Under the pieces are notes generated by a model that saw only the letters and a list, made by a program, of their open reading frames with translations, searched no databases and was not told the origin of the DNA. Positions 1 to 10,519 of a stretch of DNA of 64,000 bases are shown piece by piece. Positions within the stretch are counted from its first letter, which is position 1. Each line of letters starts with the position of its first letter. The DNA comes from Spirochaetota bacterium (GTDB lineage: Bacteria; Spirochaetota; UBA4802; UBA5550), in contig JBNKTL010000003.1 in NCBI GenBank assembly GCA_050298055.1, forward strand, positions 1 to 64,000, written 5' to 3'. The position numbers and the translations under genes are program-made.

Positions 1-5
1 TTAGC

Positions 6-567
6 GTTTTTACTCTACCTATAAGGAATTGAAACACGACAATATAATAATTATGTGGTAAATCTAAATGTGTTTTTACTCTACCTATAAGGAATTGAAA
101 CGTAAAATTACTAACTAATGATAATTCGTTGTTATTAGTTTTTACTCTACCTATAAGGAATTGAAACTCTTTTAAAATCTTATATTTCATGACTTTTCTC
201 CCTTCGTTTTTACTCTACCTATAAGGAATTGAAACAGCGATGAAGGCGATCTTAAGGAAGGCAAATACATAGTTTTTACTCTACCTATAAGGAATTGAAA
301 CTCATTTACATTATATCAACATTACGCAGGATTTAATGTTTTTACTCTACCTATAAGGAATTGAAACTCTTAATTACCTCCTTCAAATATATTACCGAGT
401 TCTTCGTTTTTACTCTACCTATAAGGAATTGAAACTTAAATTTTTCTAGGATATAACTTTTTGCTCCAACAGTTTTTACTCTACCTATGAGGAATTGAAA
501 CAAAGAAAAAGCTAAAAAGCCAAAAGAAAAAGAAAGGGTTTTTACTCTACCTATAAGGAATTGAAAC
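6..567 (+). CRISPR. CRISPR array, 9 x 30-bp repeats GTTTTTACTCTACCTATAAGGAATTGAAAC with 8 complete spacers of 36-38 bp; probably continues left of the window
   Basis: Repeats start at 6, 72, 138, 206, 272, 338, 406, 472 (variant TATGAGG) and 538. Spacers are unique. The 3' ATTGAAAC handle is typical of Cas6-processed class 1 (I-B/III) repeats. Confidence 0.98.
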
Positions 568-649
568 CCAAAACAACAGGCTTCTGGTGTTCCGGAATTT
601 TAAGTTCTTCTTGTCTCCCAGATCCATTCTCCCGCCCTTCTCCCTCTTT

Positions 650-900
650 CTTCGTAACCTCTGCACCCTCTGTAAAATCTACAACGTCCCATCTTCCTTT
701 GTGAACTCTGCGTCTTTGCAGTTCCAAAAATCTTCTCTTCAATTTAACATTCAAAATTTAAAACTCAACATTAATAAAACTCTTCCTTTGCGACCTTTGC
801 GTCTTGGCGGTTCAAAACTCCTTTTCCTGTCCACCCCCCTGAGGGGGCGCAAGATATTTTATTACACACTCTTATGCCCCCTCCGGGGGTTAGGGGGGCC
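650..900. repeat. Composite intergenic repeat cassette (9-nt periodic modules, heptad repeat, C/G-rich palindromes)
   Basis: 781-820 matches the reverse complement of 12871-12910 at 38/40. 868-897 matches rc 8769-8798 at 29/30. 831-849 matches rc 8816-8834 at 18/19. Five heptads at 738-772. Confidence 0.85.
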
Positions 901-907
901 CAAATAA

Positions 908-951
908 TTTACATTAATGTAAATCAGAAAAACCCGGCAGACATTAATGTC
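908..951. promoter_or_regulatory. Two ACATTAATGT palindromes, candidate upstream activator sites for the nifH sigma54 promoter
   Basis: TTTACATTAATGTAAA (908-923) and GACATTAATGTC (940-951); cores exactly 30 bp apart, about 200 bp upstream of the -24/-12 element. Confidence 0.6.
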
Positions 952-1087
952 AAAAAAATCATCTCAAAAGACCTCAAAATGTCATAAATCCCGGAAATGA
1001 ACCGGGACTTTACTTATTATCCCCCTCCCAATTTCTCTTCTTCCGCTCCTTTTTCCAAAAAATTTATTAAATACACAAAATATTTAA

Positions 1088-2008
<921 letters not shown>

Positions 2009-2054
2009 GAAGAGAGATCTCATATTAAACAAATTTCCAGAAAGGAGTAATATT

Positions 2055-2405
2055 ATGATAATGATCAAATCAATTGTAAGACCGGAAAAGGTAGACGATG
2101 TTATGGCGGCACTGATGGACGCCGGCTTTCCCGCGGTGACAAAGGTTTCGGTTGTGGGACGGGGTAAACAGAGGGGGATAAAGATCGGAGAAGTGACATA
2201 CGATGAAATCCCCAAGGAACTCCTCATTACCGTGGCAAAGAAGAAGGACAAGGAATTTATCACAAAGACCATACTTGAATCCGCACGGACAGGGACCAAG
2301 GGCTCATTCGGTGACGGCAAAATTTTCATCATGCCCGTAGAGGAAGTCTACACGGTGAGTTCCGGTGTAAAGGAAACCGCGGAAGAGACAGCTGTGGAGG
2401 CATAA
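2055..2405 (+). CDS. nifI1: PII-like nitrogen regulator NifI1
   Basis: GRGKQRG and GDGKIF PII motifs; lies between nifH and nifD. Confidence 0.93.
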   Translation: MIMIKSIVRPEKVDDVMAALMDAGFPAVTKVSVVGRGKQRGIKIGEVTYDEIPKELLITVAKKKDKEFITKTILESARTGTKGSFGDGKIFIMPVEEVYTVSSGVKETAEETAVEA

Positions 2406-2406
2406 T

Positions 2407-2787
2407 ATGAAAGAAGTCATGGCAGTCATAAGGATGAACATGATCAACAAGACCAAAAGGGCCCTTTCCGACGCGGGTATCGCGTCCATAACGGTAAAGG
2501 ACGCCCTGGGACGGGGAAAGGGGCTCGTTGATATCGGAGTTTTAAAAGGCGCGGAACTGGGATACGAGGAAGCCATTTCTCAGCTGGGACAGTCTCACAG
2601 GCTGATACCCAAGAGGCTGATATCGGTGACCCTTCCTGACAGCCTGGTCCAGAGGGCGGTTGACACTATTATCGAGACAAACCAGACCGGTAAATCCGGG
2701 GACGGGAAGATCTTTGTCATGCCGGTAACGGATGTCATAAGGGTCAGGACAGCGGAATCCGGAGACAGCGCCCTTGATGAAGGGTAA
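2407..2787 (+). CDS. nifI2: PII-like nitrogen regulator NifI2
   Basis: MKEVMAVIRMN start, GRGKG with long T-loop, GDGKIFV. Confidence 0.93.
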   Translation: MKEVMAVIRMNMINKTKRALSDAGIASITVKDALGRGKGLVDIGVLKGAELGYEEAISQLGQSHRLIPKRLISVTLPDSLVQRAVDTIIETNQTGKSGDGKIFVMPVTDVIRVRTAESGDSALDEG

Positions 2788-2807
2788 ATAAGGAACAGGG
2801 TGAAAAT

Positions 2808-4430
2808 ATGAACAAAAAATTTGAACCAACAGATGTAAAGACTGAACTGCTGAAAAAGTATCCCACAAAGGTGGCGAGAAAAAGAGCAAAACATATTGTC
2901 ATTAACAAAGTGGAGGAGAACCGTGAAGTCCTCCCCATTCAGGCAAATGTCAGGACCATCCCGGGTATCATAACCCAGAGGGGCTGCAGCTACGCGGGAT
3001 GCAAGGGTGTTGTCCTGGGACCGACCCGGGACATTATCAACCTGACCCACGGCCCCATCGGGTGCGGGTTCTACAGCTGGCTGACCAGAAGGAACCAGAC
3101 CCGGACGGGGTCCGATGCAGAGGAGAACTATATGACCTACTGCTTCTCAACGGACATGCAGGAGGAGGAGATCATCTTCGGGGGCGAAAAGAAACTGAAA
3201 AAGGCCATCCAGGAGATCTATGACATCTTCAAGCCAAAGGCAATCGGCGTCTTCGCCACCTGCCCGGTGGGACTCATCGGTGATGATGTTCACGCGGTTT
3301 CCCGGGAAATGAGCGAGAAACTGGGAATCAATGTCTTCGGTTTCAGCTGTGAAGGATACAAGGGCGTGAGCCAGTCTGCCGGTCACCATATAGCAAACAA
3401 CGGTGTTTTCAAACATGTTGTGGGCCTGGACGACACGGAGAGCGACGGCGAGTTTAAGCTTAACCTCCTGGGTGAATATAATATCGGGGGGGACGCATTC
3501 GAGATTGAACGGATCTTCGATGAGGCAGGGCTGACCCTGATCTCAACATTCAGCGGGAACTCAAGCTACGACCAGTTCGCGCGGTCACATACCGCCGATC
3601 TCAACCTGGTCATGTGCCATCGTTCCATCAACTACATGGCGGAAATGATGGAAACCAGGTACGGGATTCCCTGGCAGAAGATCAACTTCATCGGGGCGGA
3701 AGCCACGGCCAAGTCCCTGAGAAAGATCGCGGAATACTTTGAAGACAAAGGACTCATGAAAAAAATTGAGGACCTCATCGCGAAGGAAATGGAAGAAGTG
3801 CTCAGGGTCCAGGAAGAGGTCAGGGAACGGTGTAAGGGCAAGCTTGCAATGCTCTTTGTGGGCGGTTCCCGGGCGCACCACTACCAGGAACTATTCCGGG
3901 AGATCGGCATGGAGACCATTGCCGCGGGCTACGAGTTCGGGCACAGGGACGACTACGAGGGAAGAAAGGTCCTTCCTGACATTAAGGTCGATGCTGACAG
4001 CAGGAACATCGAGGAACTTGAAGTTGAAAAGGACAGTGAAAGATACAGGGAAAGAAAGCCGGCAGACAAGCTTGAAAAGCTGAAGACAAAGGGCATGGAG
4101 ATCAAAGAATACGAAGGAATGATGCCCGATATGCCGGACAATACCCTCATTATAGACGATATCAGCCAGTATGAAACAGACAGGCTTCTTGAGATCTACA
4201 AGCCTGATATCTTCTGCGCCGGTATCAAGGAAAAATACGCGGTACAAAAAGCGGGAATACCCCTCAAGCAGCTTCACAGCTACGATTACGGCGGACCCTA
4301 CGCCGGGTTTAAAGGGGCCATAAACTTCTACAGGGACATCGACAGGATGATCAACAGCAGGATCTGGAAAAGCGTCAAAGCCCCCTGGCAGGAGAGCCCG
4401 GAACTTACTGCAAAGTATGTACAAAAATGA
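2808..4430 (+). CDS. nifD: Nitrogenase MoFe protein alpha chain (group II type with ~50-aa insertion)
   Basis: P-cluster Cys motifs RGCSYAGC, GPIGC, ATCPVG; FeMo-co ligands VMCHRS and LHSYDYGGPY; insertion after HRDDYEG. Confidence 0.98.
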   Translation: MNKKFEPTDVKTELLKKYPTKVARKRAKHIVINKVEENREVLPIQANVRTIPGIITQRGCSYAGCKGVVLGPTRDIINLTHGPIGCGFYSWLTRRNQTRTGSDAEENYMTYCFSTDMQEEEIIFGGEKKLKKAIQEIYDIFKPKAIGVFATCPVGLIGDDVHAVSREMSEKLGINVFGFSCEGYKGVSQSAGHHIANNGVFKHVVGLDDTESDGEFKLNLLGEYNIGGDAFEIERIFDEAGLTLISTFSGNSSYDQFARSHTADLNLVMCHRSINYMAEMMETRYGIPWQKINFIGAEATAKSLRKIAEYFEDKGLMKKIEDLIAKEMEEVLRVQEEVRERCKGKLAMLFVGGSRAHHYQELFREIGMETIAAGYEFGHRDDYEGRKVLPDIKVDADSRNIEELEVEKDSERYRERKPADKLEKLKTKGMEIKEYEGMMPDMPDNTLIIDDISQYETDRLLEIYKPDIFCAGIKEKYAVQKAGIPLKQLHSYDYGGPYAGFKGAINFYRDIDRMINSRIWKSVKAPWQESPELTAKYVQK

Positions 4431-4447
4431 TTCAAGAGGAGTAAGCT

Positions 4448-5824
4448 ATGCTACTGAGACATACAACGGATAAAATAGTTGAGCGGGAAGCGGTGCAGAT
4501 CAACCCGGCCAAGACATGCCAGCCCATAGGGGCAATGTACGCGGCCCTGGGGATACACGGGTGCCTCCCCCACAGTCACGGTTCACAGGGGTGCTGCGCC
4601 TATCACAGGAGCACACTGACCCGGCACTACAAGGAACCTGTTATGGCGGCAACCAGTTCTTTCACCGAGGGGTCGTCGGTATTCGGAGGACAGGCAAACC
4701 TGATCCAGGCCATAGATAATATCTTTACCATCTATGATCCTGAAGTCATTGCCGTTCATTCCACCTGTCTATCCGAGACAATAGGGGATGATATGATACA
4801 GATCGTCACCAAGGCGGAAAAGGACGGGAAAATTCCCCGGGGGAAGAGGGTCTTCTCGGCCAGTACCCCCAGTTATGTGGGTTCCCACGTAACCGGTTTC
4901 GCCAACATGACAAAGGCCATGGTTGATACATTTTCAGAGGCCGCGGAAGTGAAGAAGGAGCAGGTCAATATCATTCCCGGTTTTGTGGAGCCTTCGGATA
5001 TGGAGGAGATCAAGAGACTTGTTTCCCTGATGGAAATTAAGTTTCATATGTTTCCCGACACCTCACAGATACTCAACGGTCCCCAGACCGGGAAGTTCAG
5101 GATGTTCCCCGAAGGGGGCGTTACCCTGGATGCCCTGGCGGACACCGGAAGCAGCATGATCACACTGGCACTGGGCAAACTGGCGTCGGGCCCCGCCGCC
5201 AAGGCACTGGATACAAAGTGCAAGGTCCCCTTTGAGATTCTGGACCTTCCCATCGGTCTCAATGCCACGGACAGGTTCATCAATGCCCTGAGGCTCAACT
5301 GCGGTGTGACCGTTCCCGATGCCATTACAACAGAGAGGGGACAGCTCGTGGATATCATAACGGATATGCACCAGTACTTTCACGGCAAAAAAGTGGCCCT
5401 TGCAGGTGATCCGGACCAGCTCATAGCACTCACGGAGTTCCTGGTCACCCTTGACATGCACCCGGTCCATATCGTCAGCGGGACCCCGGGGAAAAAGTTT
5501 GAGAAGAGGATCCGGGAGATAACCGAAGACCTTCCCTTTGAGGTAAACGTCAAATCGGGAGGGGACATGTTCCTCCTCCACCAGTGGATCAAAAATGAGC
5601 CGGTGGACCTTCTCATGGGAAATACATACATGAAGTATGTTGCCCGTGACGAGGACATTCCCCTCATACGGTACGGGTTCCCCATTCTGGACAGGGTGGG
5701 ACACTCATACTTACCCACTGTGGGATACCGGGGCGGAATAAGGCTCCTTGAGAAGATACTCAACGCTCTCCTTGACAGAAAAGACAGGGACGCACCGGAA
5801 GAGAGCTTTGAACTGGTAATGTAA
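4448..5824 (+). CDS. nifK: Nitrogenase MoFe protein beta chain
   Basis: NPAKTCQPIG, HGSQGCC, STCLSETIGDD, GFPILDR. Confidence 0.98.
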   Translation: MLLRHTTDKIVEREAVQINPAKTCQPIGAMYAALGIHGCLPHSHGSQGCCAYHRSTLTRHYKEPVMAATSSFTEGSSVFGGQANLIQAIDNIFTIYDPEVIAVHSTCLSETIGDDMIQIVTKAEKDGKIPRGKRVFSASTPSYVGSHVTGFANMTKAMVDTFSEAAEVKKEQVNIIPGFVEPSDMEEIKRLVSLMEIKFHMFPDTSQILNGPQTGKFRMFPEGGVTLDALADTGSSMITLALGKLASGPAAKALDTKCKVPFEILDLPIGLNATDRFINALRLNCGVTVPDAITTERGQLVDIITDMHQYFHGKKVALAGDPDQLIALTEFLVTLDMHPVHIVSGTPGKKFEKRIREITEDLPFEVNVKSGGDMFLLHQWIKNEPVDLLMGNTYMKYVARDEDIPLIRYGFPILDRVGHSYLPTVGYRGGIRLLEKILNALLDRKDRDAPEESFELVM

Positions 5825-5884
5825 AAAAAGGTAACTACTTGGCTATGTATAAGAATAATCACATTCATGAAAAAAGATAACTTG

Positions 5885-5917
5885 TATGTCCCCGCCGCCT
5901 TCGGCGGCGGGGACATA
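5885..5917. repeat. Perfect 15-bp-stem palindrome between nifK and nifE (REP-like or mRNA stem-loop)
   Basis: TATGTCCCCGCCGCC-TTC-GGCGGCGGGGACATA; related copy at 62588-62620. Confidence 0.8.
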
Positions 5918-5992
5918 TTGTTAATATTTGAATAAACAGATTAATTTTAGCCATAGAGCTGAGTAATATCAAAAAAACTGAGGTTTGAAATT

Positions 5993-7363
5993 ATGATTAC
6001 CATACTTGATGACAGGAAAAGGCAGGTACTCCGAAAGGGAAGCGACACACATGAGATGGAATGTGAAAAGCAGAGTACCGCGGGTTCGGTAAGCCAGAGG
6101 GCCTGTGTCTTCTGCGGGTCCCGGGTGGTCCTCTACCCGGTAGCGGACGCCGTCCACCTTGTGCACGGACCTATCGGCTGCGCCGCCTACACCTGGGACA
6201 TCAGGGGGGCCCTCTCTTCGGGGCCGGAACTCCACAGGCTCAGTTTCTCAACCGACCTCCGGGAGAAGGACGTGATCTTCGGAGGGGAGAGTAAACTCTA
6301 TTCCTCCCTTGCGGAACTCATCGATATCCATAACCCCGGGGCGGCCTTTGTCTACTCAACATGCATTATCGGGATCATCGGTGATGACGTCGAAGCGGTC
6401 TGTAAAAGGCTGGAGAGGGAGAAGGGGATCCCGGTGGTCCCCGTCCACTCCGAGGGCTTTAAGGGGACCAAGAAGGACGGGTACCGGGCGGCCTGCAATG
6501 CTCTTTTTAAGATAGCGGGTACCGGCCCCACGGAGGGTATCGGGAAACTGAGCATCAATATCCTGGGTGAGTTCAACCTGGCGGGAGAGGCCTGGATCAT
6601 TAAAGAATATTACAGGAGAATGGGCGTTGAGGTGGTGTCAACCATGACCGGTGACGGGAGAATTGATGAAATCAGGCGGTCCCACGGGGCCTCCCTGAAC
6701 GTGGTCCAGTGCTCCGGCTCAATGACCTTCCTGGCAAAGATGATGGAAGAGAAGTACGGGATCCCCTACATACGGGTCTCCTATTTCGGCATCGAGGACA
6801 TGTCATCGGCCCTTTACGATGTGGCGGATTTTTTCAAAGATGATCCCCCGGTTATGGAGAGGGCGGAAGAAATCGTCCGGGAAGAGATCTCGGAACTTGC
6901 CCCTCTTCTCCGAAAGTACAGGAAGTCCCTGGAGGGGAAAAGGGCCGCCATCTATGTGGGAGGGGCCTTCAAGGCCTTTTCCCTCATTAAGGCCCTTCGC
7001 TCCCTGGGAATGAAGGTGGTTATCGCCGGTTCCCAGACCGGGACCAGCGAGGACTACCGGCTCCTCCGGGAGGTCTGTGATGAGGGAACGGTGATCGTTG
7101 ACGATACCAATCCCCTTGAGCTTTCACAGTTCGTCCTGGAGAAGAAAGCGGACCTTCTCATCGGAGGAGTGAAGGAGAGGCCCATAGCCTATAAGCTGGG
7201 GATCGGTTTCTGCGACCATAACCATGAGAGGAAGATGGCCCTTGCGGGATACGAGGGGATGAAAAATTTCGCGGAGGAGGTCTACTCCACGGTAATGAGT
7301 CCCGTCTGGAGATTTTCACCCTCCCGGATAAGGGAAAAGAGAGAGGGGAAGAGTCATGAATAG
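5993..7363 (+). CDS. nifE: FeMo-cofactor scaffold NifE
   Basis: SQRACVFCG, HGPIGCA, STCIIGIIGDD, VQCSGS; position after nifK. Confidence 0.96.
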   Translation: MITILDDRKRQVLRKGSDTHEMECEKQSTAGSVSQRACVFCGSRVVLYPVADAVHLVHGPIGCAAYTWDIRGALSSGPELHRLSFSTDLREKDVIFGGESKLYSSLAELIDIHNPGAAFVYSTCIIGIIGDDVEAVCKRLEREKGIPVVPVHSEGFKGTKKDGYRAACNALFKIAGTGPTEGIGKLSINILGEFNLAGEAWIIKEYYRRMGVEVVSTMTGDGRIDEIRRSHGASLNVVQCSGSMTFLAKMMEEKYGIPYIRVSYFGIEDMSSALYDVADFFKDDPPVMERAEEIVREEISELAPLLRKYRKSLEGKRAAIYVGGAFKAFSLIKALRSLGMKVVIAGSQTGTSEDYRLLREVCDEGTVIVDDTNPLELSQFVLEKKADLLIGGVKERPIAYKLGIGFCDHNHERKMALAGYEGMKNFAEEVYSTVMSPVWRFSPSRIREKREGKSHE

Positions 7364-8714
7364 TATAAAGGAAAAACATAGTGCCACAACAAACGCATGC
7401 AGGCTCTGTACGCCCCTGGGCGCCTCGGTGGCCTTCAAAGGAGTCAGGGGGGCCATAACCCTCATGCACGGTTCCCAGGGATGCGCCACCTATATCCGGC
7501 GCTACCTTATCAGCCACTTCAACGAACCGGTTGATATCGCGTCATCAAACTTTAATGAAGATACCGCAATATTCGGCGGAAACCAAAACCTGAAAGAGAG
7601 CATGAGAAACATCATCAGCCAGTACAACCCGGAACTCCTGGGGATCTGCACAACCTGCCTCAGCGAGACCATCGGCGATGACGTCCCCATGGGGATAAAG
7701 GAGTTCCTGAAGGAGAACGATCACACGGACCTCCCCTTTATGGTGCATGTATCCACGGCTTCTTACCGGGGGACCCATATGGAGGGATATTACGATACCA
7801 TTACCTCCCTGGTTGATTCACTTGCTGAAGGGGGGGAGAAAAGGAGTCATCTGAATATCTTCCCCTCGTTCATATCCCCCGCTGACCTCCGCCACATAAA
7901 GGAGATACTCTCCGATTTCGGAGCGGAAACCGTTCTTCTCCCCGACTATTCGGAGACACTGGACGGGGAGTCGTGGAGCGAATATGAGAAAATCCCTACG
8001 GGAGGAACACCGGCGGAGGATATCAGAAGGACAGGAAGTGCCGCAGGGACAATTGAGATGGGAGCAGGCTCTGCCTTCAGGAAAAGCGCCGGCAAACTCC
8101 TGGAAGAACGGTTCGGCGTCCCCTGCCATACTCCGGGCATCCCCCTGGGAATCACCGGAAGCGACCCCTTCTTTTCACTGCTGGAAAACCTTACGGGAAC
8201 CCCCGTGCCGGAAAAATATCTGAAGGAGAGGGGAAGGCTCACGGATTCCTACTCCGACGGCCATAAGTACCTCTTTGGCAAAAAGGCCGTTATCTATGGT
8301 GAAGAAGACTTTGCCGCGGCCCTGGCCCTCTTTCTCAACGAGATCGGGATCAAACCCCTTCTCTGCGCCACAGGAGGAAGAAGCGGACACTTCCGGGAGA
8401 TCATCAACAGCTCTCTGGATAAATTTGACGACTACACGGTCCGGATAGAGGACGACACCGACTTCAATGAGATCGGGAAGATCGCCGAGGAGATAAAACC
8501 GGACCTGGTCATGGGAAACAGCAAAGGATACAAGCTGGCCCGGAAAATGAATATTCCCCTGGTCAGATGCGGTTTCCCCATACATGACAGGCTGGGGGGG
8601 CAGCGGGTCCTCCATATCGGCTACAGGGGGGCCCAGCAGCTTTTCGACCGGATAGTGAACACGCTGTTAGAGAAAAAACAGAACGAGTCCCCTGTGGGAT
8701 ATTCGTACATGTGA
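7356..8714 (+). CDS. nifN: FeMo-cofactor scaffold NifN
   Basis: NACRLCTPLG, HGSQGCATY, TTCLSETIGDD, GFPIHDR; overlaps the nifE stop. Confidence 0.95.
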   Translation: MNSIKEKHSATTNACRLCTPLGASVAFKGVRGAITLMHGSQGCATYIRRYLISHFNEPVDIASSNFNEDTAIFGGNQNLKESMRNIISQYNPELLGICTTCLSETIGDDVPMGIKEFLKENDHTDLPFMVHVSTASYRGTHMEGYYDTITSLVDSLAEGGEKRSHLNIFPSFISPADLRHIKEILSDFGAETVLLPDYSETLDGESWSEYEKIPTGGTPAEDIRRTGSAAGTIEMGAGSAFRKSAGKLLEERFGVPCHTPGIPLGITGSDPFFSLLENLTGTPVPEKYLKERGRLTDSYSDGHKYLFGKKAVIYGEEDFAAALALFLNEIGIKPLLCATGGRSGHFREIINSSLDKFDDYTVRIEDDTDFNEIGKIAEEIKPDLVMGNSKGYKLARKMNIPLVRCGFPIHDRLGGQRVLHIGYRGAQQLFDRIVNTLLEKKQNESPVGYSYM

Positions 8715-8741
8715 GACAATAACTGATGTTAAGAATAAGAG

Positions 8742-8838
8742 GTTTCACACAGAGCGCACGAAGGAAGACCCCCTAACCCCCGGAGGGGGCACAAGAGTTC
8801 AGGAAAAGAATCTTTCGCCCCCTCAGGGGGATGGGGGG
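8742..8838. repeat. Composite repeat cassette between nifN and nifB
   Basis: 8742-8759 is identical to 12797-12814; 8769-8834 is an inverted copy of 831-897. Confidence 0.85.
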
Positions 8839-8897
8839 AATAATCAAGGAAGATAATAAAAAAAGGAAAATAAGAATTTGAAAAAAGGAGAGCAAAA

Positions 8898-10163
8898 ATG
8901 GCAATAGATATGAACAACCATCCCTGCTTTAATGACAGGGCGCGGCATACATACGGGAGGGTCCATCTTCCGGTAGCGCCCGACTGCAACATCCAGTGCA
9001 ACTTCTGCAACAGGAAGTATGACTGCGTGAACGAGAGCAGGCCGGGGGTCACCAGCGCGGTCCTCTCTCCCCGTCAGGCACTGGTCTATCTTGAAAACAT
9101 AAACGCAAGGAGGGAGAACCTCTCGGTTGTGGGGATCGCCGGTCCCGGGGACCCCTTCGCGGTCCCGGAAAAGACAATGGAGACCCTGAGGCTTGTGAGG
9201 GACCGGTTCCCCGAAAAGATACTCTGTGTTGCCACCAACGGCCTGAACATCGGCCCCTGCATAGACGAACTGGCGGGACTGAACACCAGCCACATAACCG
9301 TAACGGTGAACGCCGTTGATCCGGAGGTGGGAGCAAAAGTCTACTCCTGGGTGCGATACAAGAAACGCGTCTATCGAAAAACCGAAGGGGCCGCCCTCCT
9401 CATGGAGAAACAGCTGGAAGCCATAAAGGCCCTGAAGGAGAAAGGGGTGACCGTCAAGGTCAATACCATCATTATCCCCGGAATAAATGATACCCATATA
9501 CCGGCCGTGGCAAAAAAGATGGGAGAAATGGGTGTGGATATCCTCAACTGTATCCCCCTCTACAAAACCGAGGGGTCCGCCTTTGCCCATATTGACGAAC
9601 CGGACAAGAAGAGTGTGGCAAAAATCCGAAAGGAAGCGGCCGGGTATATACCGCAGATGCACCACTGCACACGGTGCAGGGCCGACGCCGCGGGACTCCT
9701 GGGAGAGGAGGCTGATACATCCGAGCTCTCTTCCCTTATGCAATACTCCGTAATGAACTGCACATCCCGGGAGGAGAAGCCCAACTTCGCGGTGGCAAGC
9801 AGGGAGGGGATGCTGGTGAACCTCCACCTGGGTGAAACGGACAGGCTTATGGTCTTTCGTGAAAATGAGGGAAAGATTGAATTTCTCGAGACACGGAAGA
9901 CACCTCCCCGGGGAGGAGGAACAAAACGGTGGGAAGAACTTGCCGGGATCATCCATGACTGCGGCTACCTCCTGGTAAACGGCGTGGGGCAAAAACCTCA
10001 GGAGACCCTTGAGGAAAAGGGGGTCCGGGTCCTCACCATTGAAGGAATGATCGAGGACGCGGTGAAAGCCCTCTCCGGCGGAGAGAATGTGGCGCGCTTT
10101 ATTAAAAGGAGAAAACCCGCATGCGGCGAAGAGTGCTCCGGCACCGGCGGCGGATGCGGTTAA
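8898..10163 (+). CDS. nifB: Radical SAM FeMo-co biosynthesis protein NifB with C-terminal NifX-like domain
   Basis: HPC, HLPVAPDCNIQCNFC (CxxxCxxC), ESRPG, AGPGDP, HCTRCRADA; NifX-like VASREGMLVNLHLG. Confidence 0.97.
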   Translation: MAIDMNNHPCFNDRARHTYGRVHLPVAPDCNIQCNFCNRKYDCVNESRPGVTSAVLSPRQALVYLENINARRENLSVVGIAGPGDPFAVPEKTMETLRLVRDRFPEKILCVATNGLNIGPCIDELAGLNTSHITVTVNAVDPEVGAKVYSWVRYKKRVYRKTEGAALLMEKQLEAIKALKEKGVTVKVNTIIIPGINDTHIPAVAKKMGEMGVDILNCIPLYKTEGSAFAHIDEPDKKSVAKIRKEAAGYIPQMHHCTRCRADAAGLLGEEADTSELSSLMQYSVMNCTSREEKPNFAVASREGMLVNLHLGETDRLMVFRENEGKIEFLETRKTPPRGGGTKRWEELAGIIHDCGYLLVNGVGQKPQETLEEKGVRVLTIEGMIEDAVKALSGGENVARFIKRRKPACGEECSGTGGGCG

Positions 10164-10185
10164 CATAATTCAAGGAGAATAAAAA

Positions 10186-10494
10186 ATGGAAAAACCGGAT
10201 AAACATATTTTTGTCTGCGCAAGTTTCAGGGTATCGGGAGAACCCCAGGGTGTCTGCTTCAAGAAGGGAACAGGGGACTTCCTGGCATATCTTGAGAACG
10301 AGATCATTGACAGGGGAATGACCGGGGTGTCGGTGACAAGTACCGGCTGTCTCAAGGTCTGTGACAGGGGACCGGCAATGGTGGTCTACCCGGAGAACAC
10401 GTGGTACGGGGGGATTGAGAGCGAAGAGATCATCGACGAGATCCTTGACGCCATAGAGGACGGTTCCGTTGCGGAGGAGTATCTCATAACATAG
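10186..10494 (+). CDS. Thioredoxin-like [2Fe-2S] ferredoxin
   Basis: HIFVC...C...TGCLKVCDRGPAMVVYPENTWYG, typical of the nif-associated thioredoxin-like 2Fe-2S family. Confidence 0.9.
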   Translation: MEKPDKHIFVCASFRVSGEPQGVCFKKGTGDFLAYLENEIIDRGMTGVSVTSTGCLKVCDRGPAMVVYPENTWYGGIESEEIIDEILDAIEDGSVAEEYLIT

Positions 10495-10519
10495 CTGACC
10501 GGGACATGAGGAGAAGAAA

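Noticed and set aside
502..537. A-rich spacer 8 as a possible self-match to the Lys-rich rplQ tail
   Set aside because: Compositional similarity only; no contiguous match seen
551..907. ORFs 587-907 (+) and 551-754 (-), and 8729-9052 (-) sharing LLCPLRGLGG
   Set aside because: The shared peptide comes from translating the non-coding repeat modules; low-complexity composition and no RBS
1021..1056. Similarity among pyrimidine tracts at 617-650, 1036-1056 and 12690-12729
   Set aside because: Low-complexity C/T sequence; cannot be distinguished from chance by eye
2808..5824. Alternative (V or Fe-only) nitrogenase
   Set aside because: No vnfG/anfG between D and K; LHSYDYGGPY context, nifEN and modABC indicate the Mo type
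7341..7370. Partial similarity of CRISPR spacer 3 (reverse complement) to the nifN start region (AGTCATGAA)
   Set aside because: Only a short RBS/ATG-type match with many mismatches; not credible self-targeting
8844..10166. 440-aa antisense ORF over nifB
   Set aside because: Codon-aligned shadow of a GC-rich gene; no recognisable motifs
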